Part shown: piece after piece, positions 1 through 10,700 of the stretch | Layout: every line of letters begins with the position of its first letter | Numbering within the stretch: the first letter of the stretch is position 1 | NCBI GenBank assembly: GCA_965226495.1 | Contig: OZ245365.1 | Location: 2,304,001-2,368,000 of the forward strand | Origin: Candidatus Marinacidobacterales bacterium | Lineage (GTDB): Bacteria; Acidobacteriota; Vicinamibacteria; Marinacidobacterales; DATDRI01 | DNA: 64,000 nucleotides | Reading direction: 5' to 3' | Translations under genes and position numbers: made by a program | Notes under the pieces: generated by a model | What the model was told of the DNA's origin: nothing | Database searches by the model: none | What the model saw: only the letters and a program-made list of their open reading frames with translations

Positions 1-1
1 C

Positions 2-928
2 TATGTCGAAGGCGGAACCTACCCGCTACTCCGGAAGTCGTTGGTCTGGGTCGACCGCGAAGGAAGAGCACAGCCATTGGGGGGGACGGAACGTGGGTAT
101 TGGCACCCTCGGCTCTCGCCTGATGGTCGACGGGTGGCCGTCTTCATTTCGGAGCCCGAGCAGAGGGACATTTTTGTCTACGACATCTCTCGTGGCACGC
201 TCACTCGGGTGACGCAGGAAGGAGCGAACGCTTATCCCGCTTGGTCACCGGATGGTAAGCGAGTCGCTTTCCAGTCGACGACGGGTGGACCGGCGAACAT
301 CTTTTGGGTACAGCCGGACGGTAGCGCCCTCGAACGGCTCACGACCAGCGAAAACCGGCAGTATCCCGCCTCGTGGTCCCCGGACGGTAAGGCGCTTGCC
401 TTCCTGGAGGGTAGAGACATCTGGGTGCTGCCGTTCGACAACGGCGAGCATGAACCGAGGCCTGTCGTCCAAACGCGGTTCGAGGAAGAATACCCCACGT
501 TTTCACCTGACGGTCGTTGGCTAGCGTACACTTCCGATGAGTCTGGCCGGCGCGAGGTTTACGTCCAGCCCTATCCCGGTCCAGGGCCGAGGACCCAGAT
601 CTCCGTTGAAGGTGGAATGTCCCCGGCGTGGGCACGCAACGGCCGAGAACTGTTCTATCGCGTGCTGTCCGGCGGGCGCTGGGGAGGAAAGCGCAAAATG
701 ATGGCGGTCAAGATCACGACGGACCCGACTTTTATTGCTGGAAAGCCCCGCATGCTCTTCGAGGAGGCCGGCTACCAACCGAGCGAACCCTTTAGAAGTT
801 ACGATGTCGCTGCCGACGGGCGGTTTCTAATGCTCGAGATGGCCGAGCAGCCAAGTCAACGCGTGACCGAGCTCCGTGTGGTCCTCAACTGGTTCGAAGA
901 ACTCAAGCGACTCGTTCCCACGAACTAG
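2..928 (+). CDS. 3' part of a Ser/Thr kinase-TolB/PD40 beta-propeller protein (5' end outside the window)
   Basis: The frame is open from base 2 (YVEGGTYPLLRKSLVWVDR...). It has PD40 repeats (PRLSPDG, PAWSPDG, PTFSPDG) and the C-terminal VLNWFEELKRLVPTN shared with the downstream kinase paralogs. The kinase domain itself is inferred. Confidence 0.85.
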   Translation, partial: YVEGGTYPLLRKSLVWVDREGRAQPLGGTERGYWHPRLSPDGRRVAVFISEPEQRDIFVYDISRGTLTRVTQEGANAYPAWSPDGKRVAFQSTTGGPANIFWVQPDGSALERLTTSENRQYPASWSPDGKALAFLEGRDIWVLPFDNGEHEPRPVVQTRFEEEYPTFSPDGRWLAYTSDESGRREVYVQPYPGPGPRTQISVEGGMSPAWARNGRELFYRVLSGGRWGGKRKMMAVKITTDPTFIAGKPRMLFEEAGYQPSEPFRSYDVAADGRFLMLEMAEQPSQRVTELRVVLNWFEELKRLVPTN

Positions 929-931
929 GTC

Positions 932-3586
932 ATGGCACTCGACGCTGGCACAAAGCTAGGACCCTACGAGATTCTCTCCCCTATCGGTGCAGGAGGCATG
1001 GGTGAGGTTTACAAAGCCAAAGACACTCGGCTTGATCGCACCGTTGCCATCAAAGTCCTTCCCTCTCACGTAGCCGGCAACCCCGAAGTCCGTCAGAGAT
1101 TTGAACGTGAAGCCCGTGCCGTCTCCAGCCTCAACCATCCCAACATATGCACGCTTCACGACATCGGCAGCGAAAACGGCATCGACTTCATGGTCATGGA
1201 GCACATCGAAGGAGACACCCTCGCGGACCGATTAAGGAAAGGGGCTTTACCTCTCGACCAGGCTCTACAGTATGGAATCGAGGTTGCCGACGCTCTGGAC
1301 AAAGCCCATCGCCAAGGCGTCGTACATCGGGATCTGAAGCCCGGGAACATCATGCTGACGAAGTCAGGGGCCAAGCTGCTTGACTTCGGGCTTGCCAAGA
1401 TGTCGGCCGCACAAACGAATGCCGCTGGTCTATCGGCGTTGCCCACTGAAGCGCAGCCGCTCACGAAAGAAGGTTCGATTCTCGGCACGTTCCAGTACAT
1501 GGCCCCCGAGCAGCTTGAAGGGAAAGAAGCCGATGCACGCACGGACATCTTCGCTTTTGGTTCCGTGCTTTACGAGATGGTGACTGGCAAGCGTGCGTTC
1601 GAGGGCAAGAGCCAGGCAAGCCTCATCGCAGCCATTCTCGAGCACGAGCCACCGGCGATGTCCACTCTCCAAACGATGACCCCGCCTCTTCTGGATCACG
1701 TGGTCCGGACATGTCTCGCCAAAGATCCGGACGAGCGGTGGCAATCAGCATCCGATGTGATGCGCGAGCTTGCTTGGATTTCTAACGAAGGCTCCGACGC
1801 TGGTCCCGCTTCTTCCGTTCAAGCCAGCGGTAGAACCAGGAAGCGGCTCGTTCTCGGGCTAGTTGCGGGAACTGCCCTTGGCGCTCTCTTGGCAAGCATT
1901 GTCTGGAACGCGAAACTGCAGCCGGAACCAGCAGGGCCCGTCTTGCGGGTGGACCTGGCACTCCCACCTGACCAGCGAGTGACCGATGGACTGCGTGTCG
2001 TGGCTCTCTCGCCCGACGGCACACATCTTGTCTATCGCGCGAACAACCAACTCTACCTGCGCAACATGAGAGAGCGGCATACGTCGGCGATCGCCGGCAC
2101 GGACGGCGGCCAATTCCCCTTCTTCTCGTCCGACGGACAGTGGGTAGCGTTCTGGTCTCCGATGGGGAGGGTGCTCAAAAAAGTATCCATCAGTGGTGGA
2201 ACACCCCTGACGTTGTGCGATGCAGACCTCCCTTGGGGAGCGAGCTGGGGTTCTGACGACGCCATCGTCTACCAACAGGGGACCGGAGCCATCTTGCGGA
2301 TTTCGACGGCAGGTGGCACGCCGGAGGTCTTGGTCTCTGATGAGGGGCGAGACCTTCGCCAACCCGAGATGCTTCCCGACGGAAAAACGCTACTGTTCAC
2401 GGCTGGCGCGTCGCTGTCCTTGGGGAGTCAGAGGCAAATCCTCGCCCGCTCCCTGGAGACCGGAGAGGAGCATGTTCTAATCGAAGGGGCCTCCGATGGG
2501 CGATATGTTCCGAGCGGGCACCTAGTTTATCGCCATGACGGGTCGCTCCTGGCGGTACCCTTCGATGTCGATCGCCTCGAGGTAACCGGCGGTCCGGTTC
2601 CTCTGCCAGAGAGCGTGAACGAGATTCGGGGAACCGGCATGGCACAATTCAGTTTTTCTCGAGCTGGTAGCTTGGTCTACGTTCAAGGAGGCTTCAGCCA
2701 ATCCACGTTGGTATGGGTGGATCGCCAAGGAATCTCACGGCCAGTCATCGAAACTCGGGGTGCCTATTCGACCCCTAGGCTCTCACCGGATGGCCAACGT
2801 CTCGCCGTCACTGCCGTTGATGAGAATAACCAACGCAAAGTTTGGATACTGGATCTGGCTCGAGGCTCCCAAAGCCGGTTAACCTTCGAGGGAGACTCCA
2901 CGGATCCGGTCTGGACTCCCGACGGCAAGACAATCCTTTTTGCCTCCACTCGGTCGCAGTTCTCTTTTAACATCTTCTCGATGCCTGCCGACGGCCGTGG
3001 CGAAGCCAGACCGATGTCAACCAACGACACGGCGACCTTCCCGTCTTTTGTGTCGCCGGACGGAAAGAACCTACTCTTTATCAAGGGCCTTGACACGATC
3101 GGTTACTTGCCGCTTGAGGGCGATGGCAACCCGACGATCCTGTTCGACACGCCCTATGGCGAGTTGTTCCCAACTGTTTCACTCGACGGTCGATGGCTCG
3201 CGTACGTTTCCGACGAGTCGGGCCGGCAGCAGGTTTACGTACGAGATTTCCCGGACCTCGAAGGCAAATGGCAAGTTTCCAGCGAAGGCGGGACGGAGCC
3301 GCTGTGGTCCCCTCGTGGCGGCGAGCTCTTTTACCGCAATGGCAACAAGATGATGGTAGTTTCGGTCTCGACGGAGTCTACTTTCGAGCATGGCACGCCG
3401 GCATTGTTGTTTGAGGGCAACTATGAAACTGACCCGGTCGGCGGCAATGCGCTCAACTACCATGTCTCGTCTGACGGCCAGGAGTTCGTGATGGTCGAGA
3501 CATACCAGGAGGCATTGGGATCGACGCAACTGAACCTAGTCCTCAACTGGTTCGAAGAACTCAAGAAACTCGCCCCAACAAACTAA
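932..3586 (+). CDS. Hanks-type Ser/Thr protein kinase with TM helix and C-terminal TolB/PD40 propellers
   Basis: GAGGMG, VAIK, HRDLKPGN, DFG and APE motifs; hydrophobic segment LVLGLVAGTALGALLASIVW; multiple SPDG repeats. Confidence 0.95.
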   Translation: MALDAGTKLGPYEILSPIGAGGMGEVYKAKDTRLDRTVAIKVLPSHVAGNPEVRQRFEREARAVSSLNHPNICTLHDIGSENGIDFMVMEHIEGDTLADRLRKGALPLDQALQYGIEVADALDKAHRQGVVHRDLKPGNIMLTKSGAKLLDFGLAKMSAAQTNAAGLSALPTEAQPLTKEGSILGTFQYMAPEQLEGKEADARTDIFAFGSVLYEMVTGKRAFEGKSQASLIAAILEHEPPAMSTLQTMTPPLLDHVVRTCLAKDPDERWQSASDVMRELAWISNEGSDAGPASSVQASGRTRKRLVLGLVAGTALGALLASIVWNAKLQPEPAGPVLRVDLALPPDQRVTDGLRVVALSPDGTHLVYRANNQLYLRNMRERHTSAIAGTDGGQFPFFSSDGQWVAFWSPMGRVLKKVSISGGTPLTLCDADLPWGASWGSDDAIVYQQGTGAILRISTAGGTPEVLVSDEGRDLRQPEMLPDGKTLLFTAGASLSLGSQRQILARSLETGEEHVLIEGASDGRYVPSGHLVYRHDGSLLAVPFDVDRLEVTGGPVPLPESVNEIRGTGMAQFSFSRAGSLVYVQGGFSQSTLVWVDRQGISRPVIETRGAYSTPRLSPDGQRLAVTAVDENNQRKVWILDLARGSQSRLTFEGDSTDPVWTPDGKTILFASTRSQFSFNIFSMPADGRGEARPMSTNDTATFPSFVSPDGKNLLFIKGLDTIGYLPLEGDGNPTILFDTPYGELFPTVSLDGRWLAYVSDESGRQQVYVRDFPDLEGKWQVSSEGGTEPLWSPRGGELFYRNGNKMMVVSVSTESTFEHGTPALLFEGNYETDPVGGNALNYHVSSDGQEFVMVETYQEALGSTQLNLVLNWFEELKKLAPTN

Positions 3587-5093
3587 CCGATGGCACTCGA
3601 AGCCGGAAGGAAGCTGGGTCTCTACGAGATCCTCGAGCCCATCGGCGCCGGTGGAATGGGAGAGGTCTACCGCGCCCGGGACACGAAGCTCGGTCGTGAA
3701 GTCGCCATCAAAGTCCTGCCCGAAGCCTTCGCCGAGAACGAAGAACGCCTAGCCCGCTTCGAGCGAGAAGCCAAAGTCCTCGCCCAGCTGAACCACCCAG
3801 GCATCGCTCATCTCTATGGACTCGAGCAGTCCGAAAGCATCAATTACCTGGCGATGGAGCTCGTGGACGGTGACACGCTTGCCGAGCGGATTGCGCGTGG
3901 CCCGATTGCCGTTGATGAAGCCCTTCCGCTTTGCCAGCAGATTGCGGAAGCAGTGGAGGCAGCTCACGAGAAAGGGATCATCCACCGTGACCTGAAACCA
4001 GCCAACATCAAGGTCAACTCCGAAGGCAAAGTGAAGGTACTCGACTTCGGTCTGGCCAAGGCCTTCGCGGAAGAGACACCGGACGCCGATTCCTCGATGT
4101 CCCCGACCCTCACACGGGACTCGACGCGAGTGGGGGTCATTCTCGGTACCGCGGCCTACATGAGCCCGGAGCAGGCGAAGGGCAAGGCTGTCGATAAACG
4201 CACGGATATCTTCTCCTTCGGTATCGTGCTTTTCGAGATGTTGACGGGAAAAAAGGCGTTCGCCGGGGACGATGTCTCGGACGTTTTAGCAAGCATCATC
4301 AAGTTGGAGCCCGATTGGAAAGCTGTTTCTGATTTCGACCCGCGCGTGCAGAACCTCATCCGTCGCTGTCTCCGGAAAGACCGGAAGAACCGTCTCCAGG
4401 CCATCGGGGATGTCCGCATCGAGATTCAAGAGATCCTCGCCAAGCCGGAAGGTGCATCCCCAGAGCAGCCCATAGCAATCTCTGCCCGGAGCAGAAGGAG
4501 AGAAAGGGTCGCCTGGGGACTGGTGATAGTCTTCGGCGCGCTCCTCGCAAGCATCGCTGTCTGGAGCGTGATGCGTGGCGAGCCGCGTGCGCAGACCATC
4601 ACCCGCTTTTCCGTAACGTTGCCACCAGGGGACTTCCTGACGGGTACCGGCCGTCGTGTTGTAGCTCTCTCGCCGGACGGAACTCACTTTGTCTATGTCG
4701 CCAACCAGCAACTCTATCTCCGCAAGATGGACCAATTGGAGGCGGCCCCCATCCGCGGCACCGATGTGAGCCCAATAAGTCCTTTCTTCTCCTCCGACGG
4801 TCAGTGGGTGGGGTTCTTCTCTTATAACAAACTCATGAAGGTCTCAGTGACGGGCGGGGCACCGGTGACCTTAAGCGAGAATGGCAATCCCTATGGTGCG
4901 AGCAGCTGGGGTGATGACACTATCGTCTTCGGGCAAGAGGGGGGCATCCTTCGCGTCTCGGCCAATGGCGGCACGCCGGAGGTTCTCGTCCCCATGGACT
5001 CCGGACAATGGGCTACTGGGCCGCAGATGCTGCCAGACGGGGAAACGGTCCTCCGGAGCGTGTCAACAACATTGAGACACCCGGGAGCTGCAT

Positions 5094-6233
5094 TTAGTGA
5101 GCCTCGATTGGTGTCAGGAGGCTCGTGACGTGGTTTTTGTCCACGTCTGCCTGGATCGAGATCTCGTTACGTGGAGCGGAAAAAGGGGGGACCCCAGGTA
5201 TGGACCACCCGGAGAAAGTGGTTCCTAGGCGATCCTCGCGCGTCTTTTTCTCAGGTGGAGGGTTGATCCAAGCCTGAGACGGCAAAACAGGGGGTTGAGG
5301 TCTTCCACGGACGAAGCGTTCGGGATGAGCCCGATGAGCGGCGAGGAGCGTGTGTCGGCGAGCCGCGTTGAGTTGTTCGGCGCGACCCTGATGAACGACG
5401 GCCGGTGTCATGAGACCGATTCCCGAGTGCCGGTGTTCGTAGTTGTAGTAGTCGAAGAAGTTGCGGGAGAACAGGCGAGCATCTTCGATGGAGCCGAAAC
5501 GACGCGGGAACTGGGGGCAATACTTCAGCGTCTTGAACTGAGACTCGGAGTAGGGATTGTCGTTCGAGACGTGAGGTCGGGAGTGAGTCTTGGTCACGCC
5601 GAGATCGGCCAGGAGCAAGGCGACGGACTTGCTTCGCATCGAGCTGCCCCGATCCGCGTGGATGGTGAGCTGGCCTGGTTCAATGCCTTGCTTGCGACAG
5701 CTCTCGCCGATGAGACGACGAGCGAGCTCGGCGCTTTCTCGGTGAGCCAGCATCCAGCCCGTCACGTAGCGGGAGAAGATGTCCAGGATGACGTAGAGGT
5801 AGTAGTAGGTCCACTTGACCGGACCACGAAGTTTCGTGATGTCCCACGACCAAACCTGGTTCGGGGTTTCGGCCAACAGCTCCGGCTTGCGGTAGTTCGG
5901 ATGGCGCAGCTGGTTCCGGCGTTCTCGGACTTCTCCGTGCTCCGACAATATCCGATACATCGTGCGGATCGAGCAGTAGTAGGTTCCCTCGTCCAGAAGC
6001 GTGGCCCACATTTCGGCGGGCGCCTTGTCGACAAACTGCTCGGAGTGCAAGGCGCCGAGCACCTGCTCTCGCTCGGTTTCGCCAAGGGCTCGGTGGGGCC
6101 GAGGGCGACGCTTCGGTCTGGACGTCACCGGCCGACGACGACGATACAGCGTAGAACGAACGACTCCCAGGGCCTCACACGCTTCCGCTGTCTGTCCAAT
6201 CCGTCCCGCCAGCTCCTCGGCCGCCGCCATCAA
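5094..6233 (-). CDS. IS3-family transposase OrfB (DDE/rve integrase core)
   Basis: PNQVWSWDIT, IHADRG and NDNPYSESQFKTLK motifs. Confidence 0.93.
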   Translation of the reverse strand: MMAAAEELAGRIGQTAEACEALGVVRSTLYRRRRPVTSRPKRRPRPHRALGETEREQVLGALHSEQFVDKAPAEMWATLLDEGTYYCSIRTMYRILSEHGEVRERRNQLRHPNYRKPELLAETPNQVWSWDITKLRGPVKWTYYYLYVILDIFSRYVTGWMLAHRESAELARRLIGESCRKQGIEPGQLTIHADRGSSMRSKSVALLLADLGVTKTHSRPHVSNDNPYSESQFKTLKYCPQFPRRFGSIEDARLFSRNFFDYYNYEHRHSGIGLMTPAVVHQGRAEQLNAARRHTLLAAHRAHPERFVRGRPQPPVLPSQAWINPPPEKKTREDRLGTTFSGWSIPGVPPFSAPRNEISIQADVDKNHVTSLLTPIEAH

Positions 6234-6697
6234 TCGTTCTCGTCGCTGTCGGGCGGATTCAGGGGGATCCCCAGGAGCTCGGAGGCTTTTTTTTGGATCT
6301 CGAGCATCGTCTCCACCCGAGCGAGGCGACGCTTCAGTCGCGTGTTCTCGCGCGCGAGTTCCTTGACTCGAGGATCCTCGACCTTGCCCTTTCGTCCCCG
6401 CTTGATTGCGGCGAGCCCGACCCCCGCAATCTCATCCCGCTGGCGACGCCAACTCGACAGGAGCGACGAGTACAGTCCTTCTCGACGCAGAAGCGCTCCC
6501 ACATCGCCATCGCCCTTGCAGGCATCCGCTTCACGCAGTATCCGCAGCTTGTACTCCGCGGTAAAGCGTCGACGCTTCGCTTGTTCACTCACTTCGGGAT
6601 CCGGGGCCACCACTGCTTCGCGGCGGGCGGGCTCTACAGTCGCCCTTCCGGCTCCTTCCGACCCCGCCAAGTTCGTCTTCTCAGTCAACAGACTCAT
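6230..6697 (-). CDS. IS3-family transposase OrfA (HTH)
   Basis: RRRFTAEYKLRIL...LRREGLYSS and IQKKASELLG; A8G slippery run on the minus strand (T8 at 6287-6294 on +); ATGA overlap with orfB. Confidence 0.9.
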   Translation of the reverse strand: MSLLTEKTNLAGSEGAGRATVEPARREAVVAPDPEVSEQAKRRRFTAEYKLRILREADACKGDGDVGALLRREGLYSSLLSSWRRQRDEIAGVGLAAIKRGRKGKVEDPRVKELARENTRLKRRLARVETMLEIQKKASELLGIPLNPPDSDEND

Positions 6698-7787
6698 TCA
6701 TGATCCTCCTCCGCCTTCCACACTAATTTCAAGGGGCGGAGTGTCTCAAGCATGTTGGCACGGAGGGCTAACCGGTGGTCCAGTTCCGATTGTCGAAGAT
6801 GTCGCGCGCGCGCGCGCAACCGGGGCGGCGCAAGCGAGCTTCTCCGATTCCGGATCGCTCGTCTACGTTCCAACGTTTCTATCTGGGGCTATGCGCGAGT
6901 TGGTCTGGGTCGACCGCGACGGAGTCGAGCATCCCCTCATCGAGCGGCGGGCAGGCTATCTGGTCCCTCGACTCTCCCCGGATGGCCGTAGACTGGCCGT
7001 TACGATCATGGAAGACGACCGAGACATCTGGGTTTATGAGATGGCCCGAGATACGCTGACTCCGCTGACGTTTGCAGCAGGAGACGACACCGATCCCGTC
7101 TGGTCGCCCGATGGCCAGCGCGTCGCCTTTTACTCGAGCCGGTCTAATGCAGATGGCACAGTGGGGGGCCTACTTACAAAAGCAGCTGATGGCAGTGGCG
7201 AAGCCGTCGCGCTAAACACCACATTAGGACATCATCCCTCTTCCTGGTCGGCGGACGGCAATGTGATCGTCTTCCGGACGGACACAGGAGGGGAGGATAT
7301 CGGAGTGCTTTACTTGGATGGCGAGCCGAAAGACGAGATTCTCCTAGGAACGCCGTTTCGGGAACTCCATCCGAGCTTGTCACTGAACGGTCGCTGGCTC
7401 GCCTACACCACGGACGAGTCGGGCCAGAGGGAGGTGTACGTGCGGCCCTTTCCCGGCCCTGGCGGCAAGTGGCAGATTTCGACGAGGGGAGGCGCGGAGC
7501 CCATCTGGGCACGGGACGGGACCGAGCTCTTCTACCGGAACGGTGACAAGATGATGGCGGTCCCCGTCTCTGCCGAAGGGACGTTCACCCGCGGGAAACC
7601 CATCGAGCTCTTTGAAGGAAGCTACGCCGTCGACCCCTTTGGCAACGATGCGATTAACTACGACGTGGCGCCCGACGGCCGCTTCGTGATGATCAAAGAA
7701 GGCAAGGAGGACTCAGCGCCAGTCCGAATCAATGTCGTCCTCAACTGGTTCGAGGAACTTAAGGAACTCGTCCCCACCAACTGAACC

Positions 7788-8596
7788 ATGCCCCTCACTC
7801 CCGGCACCCGGCTCGGCAACTACGAAATCGTCTCCCCGCTCGGCTCGGGCGGCCTCATTCTACGACTGCGCCTCGGGGCTTTGCTGGCTTGTCTCCTGAT
7901 GGTTCCTGCAGTTGTCGAACCAAGTCACTGGCAGGAGCACGTTCCGGCCCGTCCGCTTCCCAGCAACCCACCGCCCTCCTATCCGGAGAAGGCACGCCAG
8001 GAGACGGTAACGGGAAAAGTCTTCTTCCGAGCACAGGTGACCGAGGAGGGTATCGTTGACTCTGTTCAGATTCTGAAAGTGCCCGCGCCAGACATGGGTT
8101 TCGAGGACGCTGTGGAGAAAGCCGTGAGAGTTTGGCAGTTTGAGCCCGCTCGCGTCGACGGACGGCCAATTCTGTCCACGTACGTGGGCAGCGTCAATTT
8201 CGGACTCTATCCCATCAACGAAAAAGGTATCCGCGAAAAAGGTATCCGCGAGGCGGTGAAGCAAGCCGAGTCCGCATGGAACAAAGGTGAGGCGAAGGCG
8301 ATTGCCAATCTGCTGGATTCAGATGGCCACATCCATTCGATTGACGGCTTGGCCAAAGGCCCGACTGAGGTTGAGAGTTGGTTTGCTGAGCAGTTGTCCG
8401 GGGCCTACGAAGGGAGCAGATTAGCACTGACCCTGGACATGATTCGCTTCCTAGAATCGGGCGATGCCCAGGTCGTCTTGAGTTTTGAGATAACGCGCCC
8501 CGGCCCCGAAGAGGAGGAGATGCCGTTAAGCGAGGGACGTGTTACTGCCCACATGATCCCAAAAGTCGGCGCTTGGTTAGTCAGGCGTGGGCACAG
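7788..8596 (+). CDS. TonB C-terminal domain plus SnoaL/NTF2-like domain protein with a kinase-derived N-terminal stub; 3' tip interrupted by an IS
   Basis: PSYPEKARQETVTGKV...FEDAVEKAVRVWQFEPA is TonB-C. IREAVKQAESAWNKGEAKAIA...GAWLV is NTF2-like. A hydrophobic signal segment follows MPLTPGTRLGNYEIVSPLGSGG. Confidence 0.75.
8220..8249 (+). repeat. Perfect 15-bp tandem duplication (EKGIR x2)
   Basis: GAAAAAGGTATCCGC occurs twice, at the boundary between the TonB-C and NTF2 domains. Confidence 0.95.
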
Positions 8597-10043
8597 TGTT
8601 CTAGTTCAGTTGAAACGTGACACCAACCGGCTCCAAGATAAGGAGCCAAGAGGAGTCACAGATGAGCCATCAAACCCGCCGAAAGTTCAGCGCCGAGGAA
8701 AAGGCCGCGTTGCTGCGCCAGCACCTTGTGGACAAGAAGCCCGTGTCGGACGTGTGCGACGAGCACGGCATCCAGCCGAGCGTGTTCTACAACTGGCAGC
8801 GTCAGCTGATGGAGAATATGGCCGCCTCTCTCGACGGGGGCGCACGGCATCGCAAGAGCAACGGGCAGGAGGAAAGGCTCGCGCGCGAGATCGAATCGTT
8901 GAGGGCAAAGCTCGCGAAGAAGGACAACGTGATCGCGGAGGTGTCGGAAGAGTTTGTACGCCTAAAAAAAGAACTTGGGGAGCCCTGACGGGTCGCTGGG
9001 TCCCCCCCGATACCCGAGACGAGGTCGTGGACTTCGTGACGAAGTGGTCGGCTACAACCGAGCTGCCGGCGACGCGGTTCGCAGCGTGGTTGGGTGTCGC
9101 CCGTGGAAAATACTACGCGTGGAAAAACCACTACGGCCGCGCCCACGAGCATAACGGCAAGATTCCGCGAGATCACTGGATCGAAGCGCGGGAGCGAGAG
9201 GCGATCCTCGACTACTTCGATGCCCATCCCCTCGACGGCTATCGTCGCCTAAGCTTCATGATGCTCGACGAGGATGTCGTCGCCGTGAGCCCGTCGACGG
9301 CGTTCCGGACGCTGCGGGACGCGGGCCGTCTCGATCGCTTCAATGGTCGGCCATCGAAGAAGGGTACCGGATTCGTGCAGCCTGACGGGGCTCACAAGCA
9401 CTGGCATATCGACATCTCGTACCTCAACCTCGCCGGGACCTTCTACTATCTGTGCTCGATTCTCGACGGCTACAGCCGTTTCATTGTCCATTGGGAAATC
9501 CGCGAGTCGATGAAGGAGTCCGAAGTCGAGACCATCCTGCAGCGAGCACGCGAGAAGTTTCCCGATGCTCGCCCTCGCATCATCAGCGACAACGGACCGC
9601 AGTTCATCGCTCGCGACTTCAAGGCGTTCATTCGACTCTCAGGCATGACCCACGTTCGAACCGCACCCTACTACCCGCAGTCCAACGGCAAGATCGAGGC
9701 GTGGCACAAGACGCTCAAAACCACGACCATCCGGCCCAATGCTCCAGCGTCCGTCGACGACGCCCGTCGCCTCGTCGCGTCCTTCGTCACCTACTACAAC
9801 GACAAGCGTCTTCACAGCGCCACAGGCTACATCGCACCCGCCGACAAGCTCGCTGGCCGAGAACACATCATCTGGACCCAACGCGATGCTAAGCTCGAGG
9901 CGGCTCGCGAGCTTCGACGTCAACGCCGCGCTCAACTCCGGGAGACACCAGCGTGATCGTCCGTTTCAACAGCCTCAGTCCAACACGTGTTCGACTGCGT
10001 TATCCTGCTAACCGCAATGTCGCGTTCCCGCTGAACCAATACA
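8597..10043 (+). mobile_element. IS3-family insertion sequence (1447 bp)
   Basis: TG...CA ends. IRL TGTTCTAGTTCAGTTGAAACGTGACA and the IRR reverse complement TGTATTGGTTCAGCGGGAACGCGACA match at 19/26. Confidence 0.92.
8662..9956 (+). CDS. IS3 transposase OrfAB (OrfA 8662-8988; -1 programmed frameshift into OrfB)
   Basis: OrfA is MSHQTRRKFSAEEK...LKKELGEP. A7G slippery site at 8964-8971. OrfB has WHIDISY, ISDNGPQF and PQSNGKIE DDE motifs. Confidence 0.92.
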
Positions 10044-10181
10044 GTCGCCGCGCGCCGCCTGAACAGACCTAGACAGGGCCTGGATTACTCCTGTAATTCC
10101 GCGCTTTCCGCGGTTTTCGTGTTTGGGCATACGTAATTTCCTCTCTCTTCTATTTTCTCACGAAGAAAAAGACGCGCCCCT

Positions 10182-10700
10182 CTAGGAGCCTGATTTCGTC
10201 TGCTTGCGTAGGTCTATATATAGTTTTGCGACCCAAGTAATGATAACCAGCAAGATACCGGACCAAAACGCAAGTGCCGCATACCGAACCAGAGAGGTAT
10301 CGAAGAAGATTTCCTTGATGCTTTTCTCTGGGTCCCGGATAGTCACACGAAGTGCGTTCTGGCCTGGGACCGAAACATTAATATCGACGGTAGGGCCCGC
10401 CTGGATTCTTCGGTCTGGAGGAGAAATGTTCAGACCAGACCTACCGCGATATCGAATGCCGAGAGTGTTCTGAGGCGCAATTTCCAATCCATTCGCAATT
10501 GCCAGCTCCACGATTTCTTGGTAGCCCTTGTCTGGTGGTGAGAGGAAACCTTCTTTGAGAAGGGTGTCATAGCCAGCGGTGGCGGCGGCGAACCGCGGGG
10601 CGAGGGTTCTTCCTATCAGCGAGTCTGGCTCCGAGTTCTCGGCACAGTGACCGAGAATAGTCAGTAGGATTCCCGCTCCTGTCGCTAAATGCTTCAGCAT
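10182..10700 (-). CDS. Hypothetical membrane protein
   Basis: 172-aa ORF with N- and C-terminal hydrophobic segments; AGGAGG RBS upstream; lower-GC context. Confidence 0.55.
   Translation of the reverse strand: MLKHLATGAGILLTILGHCAENSEPDSLIGRTLAPRFAAATAGYDTLLKEGFLSPPDKGYQEIVELAIANGLEIAPQNTLGIRYRGRSGLNISPPDRRIQAGPTVDINVSVPGQNALRVTIRDPEKSIKEIFFDTSLVRYAALAFWSGILLVIITWVAKLYIDLRKQTKSGS

Larger units (their letters stand above)
5059..6762 (-). mobile_element. IS3-family insertion sequence (about 1.7 kb)
   Basis: Terminal IRs CGTGTCAACAACATTGAGACAC (5059-5080) and the reverse complement of 6741-6762 match at 18/22; orfA and orfB lie inside. The ends may extend to about 5054 and 6767. No clear TSD. 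Confidence 0.9.
3590..7784 (+). pseudogene. Ser/Thr kinase-PD40 paralog split by an IS3 element and missing about 62 codons
   Basis: Kinase motifs are intact in 3590-5053 (ends ...PDGETVL). Homology resumes after the IS at LTGGPVPIVEDV and ends VLNWFEELKELVPTN. The intervening segment present in the 932 paralog is absent. Confidence 0.9.

Noticed and set aside
5295-7784. 829-aa ORF on the + strand
   Set aside because: The first ~490 codons are the antisense shadow of the IS3 element. Only 6768-7784 is real, as the C-terminus of the split kinase.
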